Under the pieces are notes generated by a model that was not told where the DNA came from, ran no database searches, and saw only the letters and a program-made list of their open reading frames with translations. The translations under genes were made by a program, and so were the position numbers. This document shows, one piece after another, positions 56,131 to 64,000 of a stretch of DNA of 64,000 nucleotides. How positions within the stretch are numbered: the stretch's first letter is position 1; every line of letters begins with the position of its first letter. Origin of the DNA: Alphaproteobacteria bacterium (lineage in GTDB: Bacteria; Pseudomonadota; Alphaproteobacteria; GCA-2731375); NCBI GenBank assembly GCA_965232515.1, contig CBDDPY010000002.1:3324532-3388531 (forward strand), written 5' to 3'.

Positions 56131-59100
56131 CTAGCGGTTGGCGGGGGTTTTTCGCCGTTGCCGGCGGCGCAGGTAGCCGGCGCCCAGCAGGCCGGTGGCG
56201 AACAGGAGCGCCGAGTCCGGCACCGAGACCGGGGACGGCGCCGGGACGAACATGAAATCGGCCAGGGCGGTGAGCTCGAACCGGAAGCTGTTGGTGTCGA
56301 CCACGGCAAAGTCGAAGAGATCGGTGATGTCCTGCAGGAAGGTGAGATCGAAGGCGTCGTCCAAACTGAGGCTGGTGTCGAGCACCAGCGCCTCGAAGGC
56401 GAAGTCGTTGCCCAGGATCAGATCGCCCTCGGTGAGGATCAGATCGAAGGTATCGCCGGCCATGAACGTGACCGTCGGGTCGACCAGGAACTGCAGCGTG
56501 CCGCCGAGCGTCGCCGAGCCTTCGATGTTCAGGAAATCGGCCGTCCCGGTGGCGTCCAGATCGAACAGCGACAGGCCGCCGGCGGTCTGCGTCAAGTCCC
56601 CGGTCAGCACGGTCTGGGCGCCCAGCCCCAGCGCGCCGACCGACAGCGCGCCGCCGTTCCCGAACAGTTCGCCCACGCCCAGGCTGATCTCGCTGCCGGC
56701 GAAGATCTGTCCCCCGGCCAGATTGTTGACCGCGTCGACGCCGTTCGCCAGCGCGACCGAGCCGGTAATCACGCCACTGTTGTTGATCGTATCGCCAGCC
56801 TGACTGCCGAAGACCGCGAGCCCGGAGGCCGCGCTGATCGCGCCGGCATTGTCGAGCGTGGCCTGGGCCGAACCGACCAATCTCACGCCCGCAACGGTTC
56901 CGCCAGTAACCGACGCGGTTTCGGTGACGGCGACCGTCGTCGCGCCGCTGCCATTGTTGGTCGCGACAATGCCAGCCAACGCGCCGTTGACCGCGCCCGA
57001 GGCCGTGATGTTGAGATCGGTGCCGTTGTTGATGCCGATGATGGCCGAGTTGGTGGCGCCGGCGACATCGGCCGCCGCGATGGTGAGCGCGCCGCTGCCG
57101 TTCTGCGTGGCGAAGATGCCAACGGCCGAGCCGCTGACCGCGCCCGTGGTGGTGACCGACATGTCGCCGCCAACGGCACTGCTGTTATAGGCCGCGATGG
57201 CGTTTTGCACGCCGCCGCCGCTGACATCGCCGGCCTCGATGGTCAGGTCGCCGCCGCCCTCGTTGTTGGCGAAGATACCGACGCCGGCGGTGCCGCTGAC
57301 GGCGGCGGCACGGATGGTCAGGCTGCCGTCGTTGTAATCGACGGCATGAATGCCGGTGTTTCCGCCGGTAACCGACGACGTCGCGGTGGCCTGGATGCTC
57401 AGGTTGCCGCTGCCTTCGTTGAGGGCGATGATGCCGTTGTCCCCGCCGCTGACCGCGCCCGAGGCGCTGATGAAGAAGAACGAGTTGCCTTCCGAGAAAG
57501 CATCGATCCCGTCGTCGCCGCCGCTGACCGCGCCCGAGGTGGTGATCGTCAGTGAACTGGCAAGACCGTCGCCGCCGCCACCGTTATTCCGGTTGCTGGC
57601 ATTAATGCCGTCGCCGGATGTGCCGCTGACCGCGGCGGCGGTGATGCCCAGCGCGCCGCCGCCATTGTCGGCCGTTATGCCATTCGCCCCGCCGCTGACC
57701 GCGCCGGTGGCGCCGATCGACAGAGATTGGCCCTCGTTGGCGGCATCGATGCCATTCACCCCGCCGCTGACCAGGCCCGAGGTGGTGATCGACAGACTGC
57801 CGCTGTAGTAGCCGCCGTAGGCCTCGATGCCGTCGCCGGTGGCGCCGCTGACCCCGGCCGCGATGATGGTCAGGCTGTCGCCGTTGTAATCGCCGTTGCT
57901 GGCATCGATGCCATTCACCCCACCGCTGACCGCGCCAGTGGCGGTGATCGACATGGCACCACCATATCCGAAGTTGCCGGCGGCGATGCCGGCGCCGGTC
58001 ACGCCGTCGACCCCGGCCGTTTCGATGGTCAGCGCGCCGCTGCCGTTCTGGTCGGCGACGATGCCGTTCGACCCGCCGCTGACCGCCCCCGAGGTGCGGA
58101 TCGTCAGGTTGCTGCTGCCTTCGTTGAGGGCGATGATGCCATTGTCCCCGCCGCTGACCGCGCCCGAGGCGCTGATGAGGAAGAACGAGTCGCCTTCCGA
58201 GAACGCATCGATCCCGTCGTCGCCGCCGCTGACCGCCCCCGAGGTGCGGATCGTCAGTGAATCGGCAATACCGGCGCCGCCGCCACCGTTATTCCGATTG
58301 CTGGCATTAATGCCGTCGCCGGATGTGCCGCTGACCGCGGCGGCGGTGATGCCCAGCGTGCCGCCGCCATTGTCGGCCGTTATGCCATTCACCCCGCCGC
58401 TGACCGCGCCGGTGGCGCCGATCGACAGAGATTCGCCCTCATTGGCGGCATCGATGCCATTCACCCCGCCGCTGACCAGGCCCGAGGTGGTGATCGACAG
58501 ACTGCCGCTGTAGTAGCCGCCGTAGGCCTCGATGCCGTCGCCGGTGGCGCCGCTGACCCCGGCCGCGATGATGGTCAGGCTGTCGCCGTTGTAATCGCCG
58601 TTACTGGCATCGATGCCATTCACCCCGCCGCTGACCGCGCCGGTGGCGGTGATCGACATGGCACCACCATATCCGTAGTTGCTGGCGTCAATGCCGTCGC
58701 CGGTCGCGCCGTCGACCCCGGCGGTTTCGATGGTCAGCGCGCCGCTGCCTCGATGGTCGGCGACGATGCCGTTCGACCCGCCGCTGACCGCGCCCGAGCT
58801 GCTGATCGTCAGATCGCCACTGCCGACGGCGGTATCGGCATCGATTCCGTCGCCGGCGATGCCGCCGCTGATCGTGCCGCCGCTGGTTATCGTCAGGCCG
58901 CCCGGCCCGCCCGTCGTGGTGATGGCCACGGCGTCCCCCGCGGCGGTGGAGACCGTCGAGTCTTCGGCGACCGACAGCGTCTGGGGGCCGGCGCCGGTCT
59001 GGCTGACGCCGGACACCGTGGTCGGCGTGCCGAGCGCGCCGACATTGACGGTCAGGTCGTCGACGGTGGTCGACACCGGGTCGATCGGCGTCGGCGGCGC

Positions 59101-59340
59101 CAGGCAGGTGACCGTGTCGCCGGCCGCCGCCATCGTCGGATCGGCGCCATCGGAGACACAGCCCACCGGCAGCGCCTGGGCATGGGCCGCGGGCGCGCCG
59201 ACAACCGTCGACCCCAGCGCCACGACCGTCAGCACCGTCGTTGCCAGCAGCCCGGTCCGCCAGGAACGCCGCGCCGATGCGCCACTGTCCGCATCAAGCA
59301 CGCATGGCCGCATCGCGGTCGCGGAATGCCGGCTTGTCAT
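56131..59340 (-). CDS. large secreted repeat protein with PEP-CTERM-like C-terminal sorting signal (autotransporter-associated beta-strand-repeat type)
   Basis: ATG at 59340 after an AGGGGG Shine-Dalgarno. Signal peptide ending AHAQA. About 35 degenerate 20-25-aa G/S/T-rich repeats of the form GAVSGGxNGIxAxNxG. C-terminus VPDSALLFATGLLGAGYLRRRQRRK (Pro-acidic motif, TM helix, Arg cluster). The ORF track extends in-frame to 60924 without a start signal. Confidence 0.7.
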   Translation of the reverse strand: MTSRHSATAMRPCVLDADSGASARRSWRTGLLATTVLTVVALGSTVVGAPAAHAQALPVGCVSDGADPTMAAAGDTVTCLAPPTPIDPVSTTVDDLTVNVGALGTPTTVSGVSQTGAGPQTLSVAEDSTVSTAAGDAVAITTTGGPGGLTITSGGTISGGIAGDGIDADTAVGSGDLTISSSGAVSGGSNGIVADHRGSGALTIETAGVDGATGDGIDASNYGYGGAMSITATGAVSGGVNGIDASNGDYNGDSLTIIAAGVSGATGDGIEAYGGYYSGSLSITTSGLVSGGVNGIDAANEGESLSIGATGAVSGGVNGITADNGGGTLGITAAAVSGTSGDGINASNRNNGGGGAGIADSLTIRTSGAVSGGDDGIDAFSEGDSFFLISASGAVSGGDNGIIALNEGSSNLTIRTSGAVSGGSNGIVADQNGSGALTIETAGVDGVTGAGIAAGNFGYGGAMSITATGAVSGGVNGIDASNGDYNGDSLTIIAAGVSGATGDGIEAYGGYYSGSLSITTSGLVSGGVNGIDAANEGQSLSIGATGAVSGGANGITADNGGGALGITAAAVSGTSGDGINASNRNNGGGGDGLASSLTITTSGAVSGGDDGIDAFSEGNSFFFISASGAVSGGDNGIIALNEGSGNLSIQATATSSVTGGNTGIHAVDYNDGSLTIRAAAVSGTAGVGIFANNEGGGDLTIEAGDVSGGGVQNAIAAYNSSAVGGDMSVTTTGAVSGSAVGIFATQNGSGALTIAAADVAGATNSAIIGINNGTDLNITASGAVNGALAGIVATNNGSGATTVAVTETASVTGGTVAGVRLVGSAQATLDNAGAISAASGLAVFGSQAGDTINNSGVITGSVALANGVDAVNNLAGGQIFAGSEISLGVGELFGNGGALSVGALGLGAQTVLTGDLTQTAGGLSLFDLDATGTADFLNIEGSATLGGTLQFLVDPTVTFMAGDTFDLILTEGDLILGNDFAFEALVLDTSLSLDDAFDLTFLQDITDLFDFAVVDTNSFRFELTALADFMFVPAPSPVSVPDSALLFATGLLGAGYLRRRQRRKTPANR
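57400..58809. repeat. two tandem, above 95% identical 705-bp (235-codon) direct repeats inside the repeat-protein gene
   Basis: The GTTGAGGGCGATGATGCC... anchor recurs at 57418 and 58123. Long identical stretches are shared between the two units. Confidence 0.85.
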
Positions 59341-59583
59341 CGGAGACCCCCTGAAACGCTGCCGCCCAACCTTTGAGCGTTTACTATTTTTAGTAGTAGT
59401 ACCGCAAACCGACACCGTCGGCAACTTCGATGCGGTCTCAAATTCGTGAACGTGCCGGCCGCAAGCCGCATCGACCGCCGCTCTCGCAATACCGGCGGAC
59501 AAGAAAACCGCTTGCATCGCCGCGACGCGGTATGAATGCTCCGGCGGACAAATGATGTCGGTTGCTTGGGGTCGAGATTGACT

Positions 59584-60729
59584 ATGGATCAATCGGCGCC
59601 TGACGAGGCGAAAGACGAGACAAAATCCGAGGCAAAGCCGGCGGCCGACGGGAAGATCGATATCAGCTTCTCGAGCGGGCTCGCCGGTTTCCTGCGCCAG
59701 CAGGGGGTCGCGCTCGCCTTCACCTCCTATCAGGCGGGCGGGCTCTATCTGATCGGCCACGATGCCGACGGCAAGCTGGCCCTGCATCAGGCGGGCTATC
59801 ATCACGCCATGGGCGTGGCCGGCGACGGCAACCGGCTCTATCTGGGCAGGGCGACCGAGATCGTGCGGCTGGAGAACGTGCTGGCGGCCAATCAAATGGT
59901 CAACGGCGTGCACGACAAGGCCTATGTGACGCGCAACATTCAGGTGTTGGGCGGCATCGACATCCACGAGATCGGGGTGCGGCAGAACGGCGTCATCGTG
60001 TTCGTCAACACCCGCTACTCCTGTTTGTGCGAGCCGAGCCGGACCCACAGCTTCAAGCCGATCTGGAAGCCGTCCTTCATCTCCAAGCTGGCGCCGGAGG
60101 ACCGCTGCCATCTGAACGGTCTGGCCATGAAAGCGGGCGCGCCGAAATACGTCACCGCGATCAGCCGCGCCGATGTGGTCGACGGCTGGCGCGACCGGCG
60201 CGAGCAGGGCGGCATCGTCATCGATGTGGAGACCGACGCGATCGTCGCCGAGGGCCTGTCGATGCCGCACAGCCCGCGCGTGTACGACGGGCGGCTGTGG
60301 GTGTTGAACTCGGGCAGCGGCGAGTTGGGGCACATCCATCTGAAGAGCGGCGCGTTCGAGCCGGTGGCGTTCTGCCCGGGCTTCCTGCGCGGGCTCGCCT
60401 TTCGCGACGGCCATGCGATCGTCACGCTGTCGAAGCCGCGCTACAAGCGCTTCGACGGCCTCGCGCTCGCCGACCGGCTGGCGGAGAAGGACGCCGAGGC
60501 CTGGTGCGGGGTGCAGATCGTCTCGCTGGCCACCGGCGACGTGGTGCACTGGCTGCGCTTCGACGGGGCGCTGGCCGAGCTGTTCGACGTCTGCGTGCTG
60601 CCGGGGGTGCGGAACCCGCTGACGGTGGCGGCCAATTCCAAGGAGATCCGGGACTTCCTGACCTTCGAGCCGCCGGCTTGGGCGACGGATGGACCGCGTC
60701 CGGAGCAAGGGGGCGATGGCCATGTCTGA
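59584..60729 (+). CDS. conserved hypothetical protein (about 380 aa, probable beta-propeller-like; may belong to an uncharacterised conserved family such as TIGR03032)
   Basis: No enzymatic motif recognised. Conserved-looking Cys/His patches (YSCLCEPSRTHSF, DRCHLNG, HSPRVYDGRLWVLNSGSGELGHIHL). Transcribed divergently from the repeat protein. Start ambiguous between 59536 and 59584. Confidence 0.45.
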   Translation: MDQSAPDEAKDETKSEAKPAADGKIDISFSSGLAGFLRQQGVALAFTSYQAGGLYLIGHDADGKLALHQAGYHHAMGVAGDGNRLYLGRATEIVRLENVLAANQMVNGVHDKAYVTRNIQVLGGIDIHEIGVRQNGVIVFVNTRYSCLCEPSRTHSFKPIWKPSFISKLAPEDRCHLNGLAMKAGAPKYVTAISRADVVDGWRDRREQGGIVIDVETDAIVAEGLSMPHSPRVYDGRLWVLNSGSGELGHIHLKSGAFEPVAFCPGFLRGLAFRDGHAIVTLSKPRYKRFDGLALADRLAEKDAEAWCGVQIVSLATGDVVHWLRFDGALAELFDVCVLPGVRNPLTVAANSKEIRDFLTFEPPAWATDGPRPEQGGDGHV

Positions 60730-61357
60730 GACCGGTATGCAATCCGGCGGCGGGGGGTCGGTCCTGCGCCTGCTGATTCTGCTGGTCCTGCTGGCCCTTC
60801 TCGGCGCGGTCCTGTGGCTGGGGCTTGGCGTGAAGGCGGCCCTGGACGAACAGGCCCGGATCGGCCGGGAGACGCTGGCCGGCCTCAAGGGCGGGGCCGA
60901 GGCCACCGTGTCTTTCCAGCTCAATCAGGAAAATGGCGGCCTGCAGCGGGTGCTGAGCCTGATCAATCAGGGGCCGGGGCCGGCGCGGGTCCGCCAGGTG
61001 CTGATCAATGTGGACGGCGCGCCGCTGGGCAGCGGCGCGGCGGAGGACTGGCGGCAACTGCTGACCCTGATCCAGCGCGAGGGCGTGACCTCGACCGCCT
61101 CGGTCCTGAACGACGGCCGGATCATTCCCGCCGGCGGTCGGCAGCGTCTTTACTCGATCCGCATCGACGACCCCGAACAGCGCACCGAGATCGACGCCGT
61201 GCTCGACCGCATCCGTTTCGGCCTCTGCTATTGCTCGGTCTATGGCCAATGCAAGACCACCGGCACGATCCCGGCCCGCGCCGACCGCGGCTACGCGGCG
61301 CTGCATGCGGCCTGCCGCCTTGAGACCGAACCGGGTGACGCGGGCGGCGCGAGCTAG
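60722..61357 (+). CDS. hypothetical membrane-anchored protein (N-terminal TM, C-terminal Cys pair)
   Basis: ATG at 60722 overlaps the upstream stop by 8 nt (ATGTCTGA). Signal-anchor LRLLILLVLLALLGAVLWLGLGV. C-terminal CYCSVYGQC motif. Confidence 0.45.
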   Translation: MSETGMQSGGGGSVLRLLILLVLLALLGAVLWLGLGVKAALDEQARIGRETLAGLKGGAEATVSFQLNQENGGLQRVLSLINQGPGPARVRQVLINVDGAPLGSGAAEDWRQLLTLIQREGVTSTASVLNDGRIIPAGGRQRLYSIRIDDPEQRTEIDAVLDRIRFGLCYCSVYGQCKTTGTIPARADRGYAALHAACRLETEPGDAGGAS

Positions 61358-61583
61358 TCGCCCAGCAGTTCGAGGCCGTCATCCGCTTGCACGCCAACGC
61401 GGAACTGACGCTTGGCGCTGACGGCGGCGCTCGATCCGCGCACCTGCGGCAAGCCGGCGGTGTTCCAGTCGGCAAGCGGCATGGGCAAGAAAGAGAGCGC
61501 CGGCGCCGAGATGGCTATCGCGGTCAAACGGGCAGACGGCCAATGTATGATGGCCTGCAACTAGCGCGTCGAGGTGAAGCGCC

Positions 61584-62258
61584 TTGGTTTTCTGGATAGC
61601 GAGCGCGGTTGGATTAGCGATCGCCTACCTCTTCGGTTCGGTACCCACGGGTTATCTGGCGGGCAGACTGCTCAAGGGCATCGATATCCGCGAGCATGGC
61701 TCCAGATCGACCGGCGCGACGAACGTCTTGCGGACGCTCGGGAAATGGCCCGCGTTGGTGGTGCTCCTGGTCGATGTGCTGAAAGGCGCGGGGGCGATCG
61801 TCTTTGCCCACTGGTTTTTTCCTTGGCTCTATACGTTGCCGTCCGTCACGCCGCCGACGGCGCTCGATCCGCCGGTCTGGGCGCCTTGGGCTGTTTGCCT
61901 GGCCGGGCTTGCGGCGTTGTTGGGGCATGGCCGTTCGATCTGGTTGAACTTTACCGGCGGCAAATCCGCGGCGACGGGGCTGGGCGTGTTGCTGGCGATG
62001 TCCTGGCCGGTCGGTTTGGGCGCCGCGGCGGTATTTGGCGTCGTGCTGGCGGTTTTTCGGATTGTCTCCCTCGGTTCGATACTGGCGGCGTTGGCCGCGG
62101 TCGCCCTGATCTTCGGCTTGGCGCACCCGTTGCCCTATCAGTTGCTGGTGATTGCCGGCGGCCTTTACGTGATTGTGCGCCATCGCGCCAACATCCGGCG
62201 GCTGCTGGCCGGGACGGAGCCGCGCCTGGGGCAAAGCAGCCCGGAACCGGAAACGTAA
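61584..62258 (+). CDS. plsY: glycerol-3-phosphate acyltransferase PlsY
   Basis: PlsY motifs (GS..TGATNV, LDVLKG, HP). TTG start preceded by GAGGTG. 224 aa. Confidence 0.9.
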   Translation: MVFWIASAVGLAIAYLFGSVPTGYLAGRLLKGIDIREHGSRSTGATNVLRTLGKWPALVVLLVDVLKGAGAIVFAHWFFPWLYTLPSVTPPTALDPPVWAPWAVCLAGLAALLGHGRSIWLNFTGGKSAATGLGVLLAMSWPVGLGAAAVFGVVLAVFRIVSLGSILAALAAVALIFGLAHPLPYQLLVIAGGLYVIVRHRANIRRLLAGTEPRLGQSSPEPET

Positions 62259-62300
62259 TCGCGCGACCTATTCGCGGCATGATCTCGCGCCGCGACCGTC

Positions 62301-63089
62301 TCACGCGCCGTCTTTGCGGGCCTTGAAGTCCGGTTGCCGGCGTTCGCGGAAGGCGGCGAGGCCTTCCTGGATGTCGTCGCCCTGGCCGGCCGCCATGGCG
62401 AGCCAGTATTCCATGGCGTCGGCCGCCTCGACGCTTTGGTAGAGCGTCGTCAGGGCGATGCGTTTGTAGGACTGGACGGAGACGGGCGACATGACGGCGA
62501 TCTCCGCGGCCATGCCGACGGCGCGGTCGACGAGCTCGGCCGCGGGCACCACCAAGTTGACGAAGCCGAAGTGTTCGGCGCGGGCGCTCGACAGCTCGGT
62601 GCCGCGCATGATCATCTCGTTGACGATCGCCGGCGGCAGCAGGTGCGGCAAGCGCGACGACTGGCCGGCGATGGGCACGATGCCGAGCCTGGCGCCCGGC
62701 ACGCCGAAGGTCGCGTCAGGCGTCGCCAGCCTGAGATCGCTGTTGAGCGCGAGGCAGAACCCGCCCGCGTAGGCCGCGCCGTTGACGGCGGCGATCACCG
62801 GTTTCATGGTGTTTCGCGGGCACAGGAAGACCTGCATGTGTTCTTCTTCGTAGAGATGGCCGAGATTGCCCGGCGCCATGGCCTTGATGTCGTGGCCGGC
62901 GCAGAAGGCCTTGTCGCCGGCGCCGGTGAGCACGATCGCGCGCACCGAGGCGTCGGCGTCGAACGTCCGAAAGGCCTCCAGCATCTGCGCGATCATCGCG
63001 GGCGTCATGGCGTTCCGCTTGTCGGGCCGGTCGATGGTGATGAGCGCGACGCCGGGTTGCGCGACCTCGGCCGTTACGATCCCGTCCAA
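62301..63089 (-). CDS. enoyl-CoA hydratase/isomerase family protein
   Basis: Crotonase motif GAGDKAFCAGHDI. 262 aa. Confidence 0.85.
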   Translation of the reverse strand: MDGIVTAEVAQPGVALITIDRPDKRNAMTPAMIAQMLEAFRTFDADASVRAIVLTGAGDKAFCAGHDIKAMAPGNLGHLYEEEHMQVFLCPRNTMKPVIAAVNGAAYAGGFCLALNSDLRLATPDATFGVPGARLGIVPIAGQSSRLPHLLPPAIVNEMIMRGTELSSARAEHFGFVNLVVPAAELVDRAVGMAAEIAVMSPVSVQSYKRIALTTLYQSVEAADAMEYWLAMAAGQGDDIQEGLAAFRERRQPDFKARKDGA

Positions 63090-63090
63090 A

Positions 63091-64000
63091 TCACCCTCCC
63101 CTCATTTCCAATGGCGTTGTGTGTTCGGCGTGCCGTTTCATGAGTTCCTTGCGAAGCACCTTGCCGCCGGCGTTTCGCGGCAGTTCGTCGACCACGATGA
63201 ATTCGGCCGGGACCTTCGCGGGCGAAAGGTTCTCCCGGCAATGTTGCGTCAGCCCATCGGCGACGTCGTCGTTTCCGGCGTCACGAGCGACGATAAAGGC
63301 GGTTACCTTTTGGCCGAGCACGGCGTCCGGCGTGCCGACGACCGCCACGTCCAGAACGGCGTGGTGTCGGGCGAGCGCATTCTCGACCTCGATCGGCGAG
63401 ATGTTCAGGCCGCCGCGGATGATCATCTCGGACGTGCGGCCGGAGAGGAAGATGTTGCCGTCCGCGTCGACGCGACCGATGTCCTGGGTATGGATCCACC
63501 CGTCGCGCACGCGCTCGGCCGTCAGCGCCGGATCGCCGAGATAGCCGCGCATCAGCGTCGGTCCGCGCATGGTGATCTCGCCGGTCTCGCCGACAGCGAG
63601 CGGCCGGCCGTCGGGGTCGCGGACGCAGACCTCGAAGCCCGGGCTGATCTTGCCGACGCCGTGCGCGAGATGCGGTTCGTCGGCCGGTTCGACGGCGGCG
63701 CCGGGGATCTCGGTCATGCCGTAGTTCGCGATCAGCGATACGCGGCTGAAGGCCCGGAACCGCTCGACGTCGGCATGGCTGATCGGCGCCGACGCCGTGT
63801 AGAGCGCCCTCAGCGACGAGAGATCGTAGCGGTCGTTGCCCTCAAGGTTGAGGATCATCAGCACCATCGCCGGCACGAAGGCCGCGGTGGTGACGCGGTG
63901 GCGTTCGATGGCGGCCAGCGCGCGTTCGGGATGGAAGCGCTCGAGCAGGACCAGGGTCGCGCCCGCGTAGATCACCGACGCGGCGCTGAAGATCAGGCCG
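63091..64000 (-). CDS. AMP-dependent acyl-CoA synthetase/ligase, C-terminal portion (5'-partial, continues beyond window end)
   Basis: AMP-binding C-terminal motifs (YGMTE, TGD...GRxDE, PRNAGGKVLRKEL). The reading frame remains open to the window edge. Confidence 0.8.
   Translation of the reverse strand, partial: GLIFSAASVIYAGATLVLLERFHPERALAAIERHRVTTAAFVPAMVLMILNLEGNDRYDLSSLRALYTASAPISHADVERFRAFSRVSLIANYGMTEIPGAAVEPADEPHLAHGVGKISPGFEVCVRDPDGRPLAVGETGEITMRGPTLMRGYLGDPALTAERVRDGWIHTQDIGRVDADGNIFLSGRTSEMIIRGGLNISPIEVENALARHHAVLDVAVVGTPDAVLGQKVTAFIVARDAGNDDVADGLTQHCRENLSPAKVPAEFIVVDELPRNAGGKVLRKELMKRHAEHTTPLEMRGG

Noticed and set aside
56800-59000. Possible CRISPR-like array suggested by dense direct repeats
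   Set aside because: The repeats are long (705 bp) and protein-coding (Gly/Ser-rich beta-strand repeats). There are no short spacer-repeat units and no cas genes.
59341-60924. Upstream in-frame extension of the repeat-protein ORF to 60924 (a 1597-aa reading)
   Set aside because: The extension runs through the divergent promoter and overlaps the well-formed plus-strand genes. The ATG at 59340 has a Shine-Dalgarno and is followed by a signal peptide.

Overview
This is a high-GC, alphaproteobacterial-type chromosomal window. It carries about 60 protein-coding genes and one complete IS5-family insertion sequence. No tRNA, rRNA or CRISPR array was detected.

In map order the window contains:
- The 3' end of an aspartate dehydrogenase gene, then a REC-GGDEF-EAL protein, an SDR oxidoreductase, and a Phd/YefM-PIN toxin-antitoxin pair with a palindromic operator.
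- An acyl-CoA carboxyltransferase, an acyl-CoA dehydrogenase and a TPR (TTC38-like) protein.
- A three-subunit molybdoenzyme (catalytic subunit without a Tat signal, a 4Fe-4S subunit, and a DmsC/NrfD-like anchor) that resembles a cytoplasm-facing SoeABC sulfite dehydrogenase.
- A thioredoxin-like/2OG-Fe(II) oxygenase fusion, a SAM methyltransferase, a gamma-glutamyltransferase and an agmatinase-family enzyme.
- An orphan gspG / gspH-gspE trio.
- A cassette of cytochrome P450, aromatic-amino-acid decarboxylase, tandem hotdog thioesterase and a DehI-like protein, ending at the IS5 element.
- An amidohydrolase with a NitT/TauT ABC transporter, and a LuxR-HTH/VOC fusion.
- Two enoyl-CoA hydratases flanking an FlK-like thioesterase, followed by a TRAP transporter (DctPQM) and a 2-hydroxyacid dehydrogenase.
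- A strongly AT-rich island upstream of a single-domain receiver plus an Hpt-like protein that has Arg at the expected phospho-His position, then an FAD oxidoreductase.
- A PaaX repressor locus with a PaaA-like diiron protein, a second ferritin-like protein and a flavodoxin. Two copies of a GATACA-N25-GGTATCAT operator-like motif sit in its two promoter regions.
- PutA, a DUF481 outer-membrane protein, IorAB, a threonine-aldolase-like PLP enzyme, YajQ, alanine racemase and an LLM oxidoreductase followed by a G14 homopolymer.
- A 1069-aa secreted repeat protein with a PEP-CTERM-like tail and an internal 705-bp near-identical tandem duplication, transcribed divergently from a two-gene operon of unknown function.
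- PlsY, another enoyl-CoA hydratase and a partial acyl-CoA synthetase.

Many long antisense or alternate-frame ORFs in the six-frame track are GC-driven artefacts and were not called.
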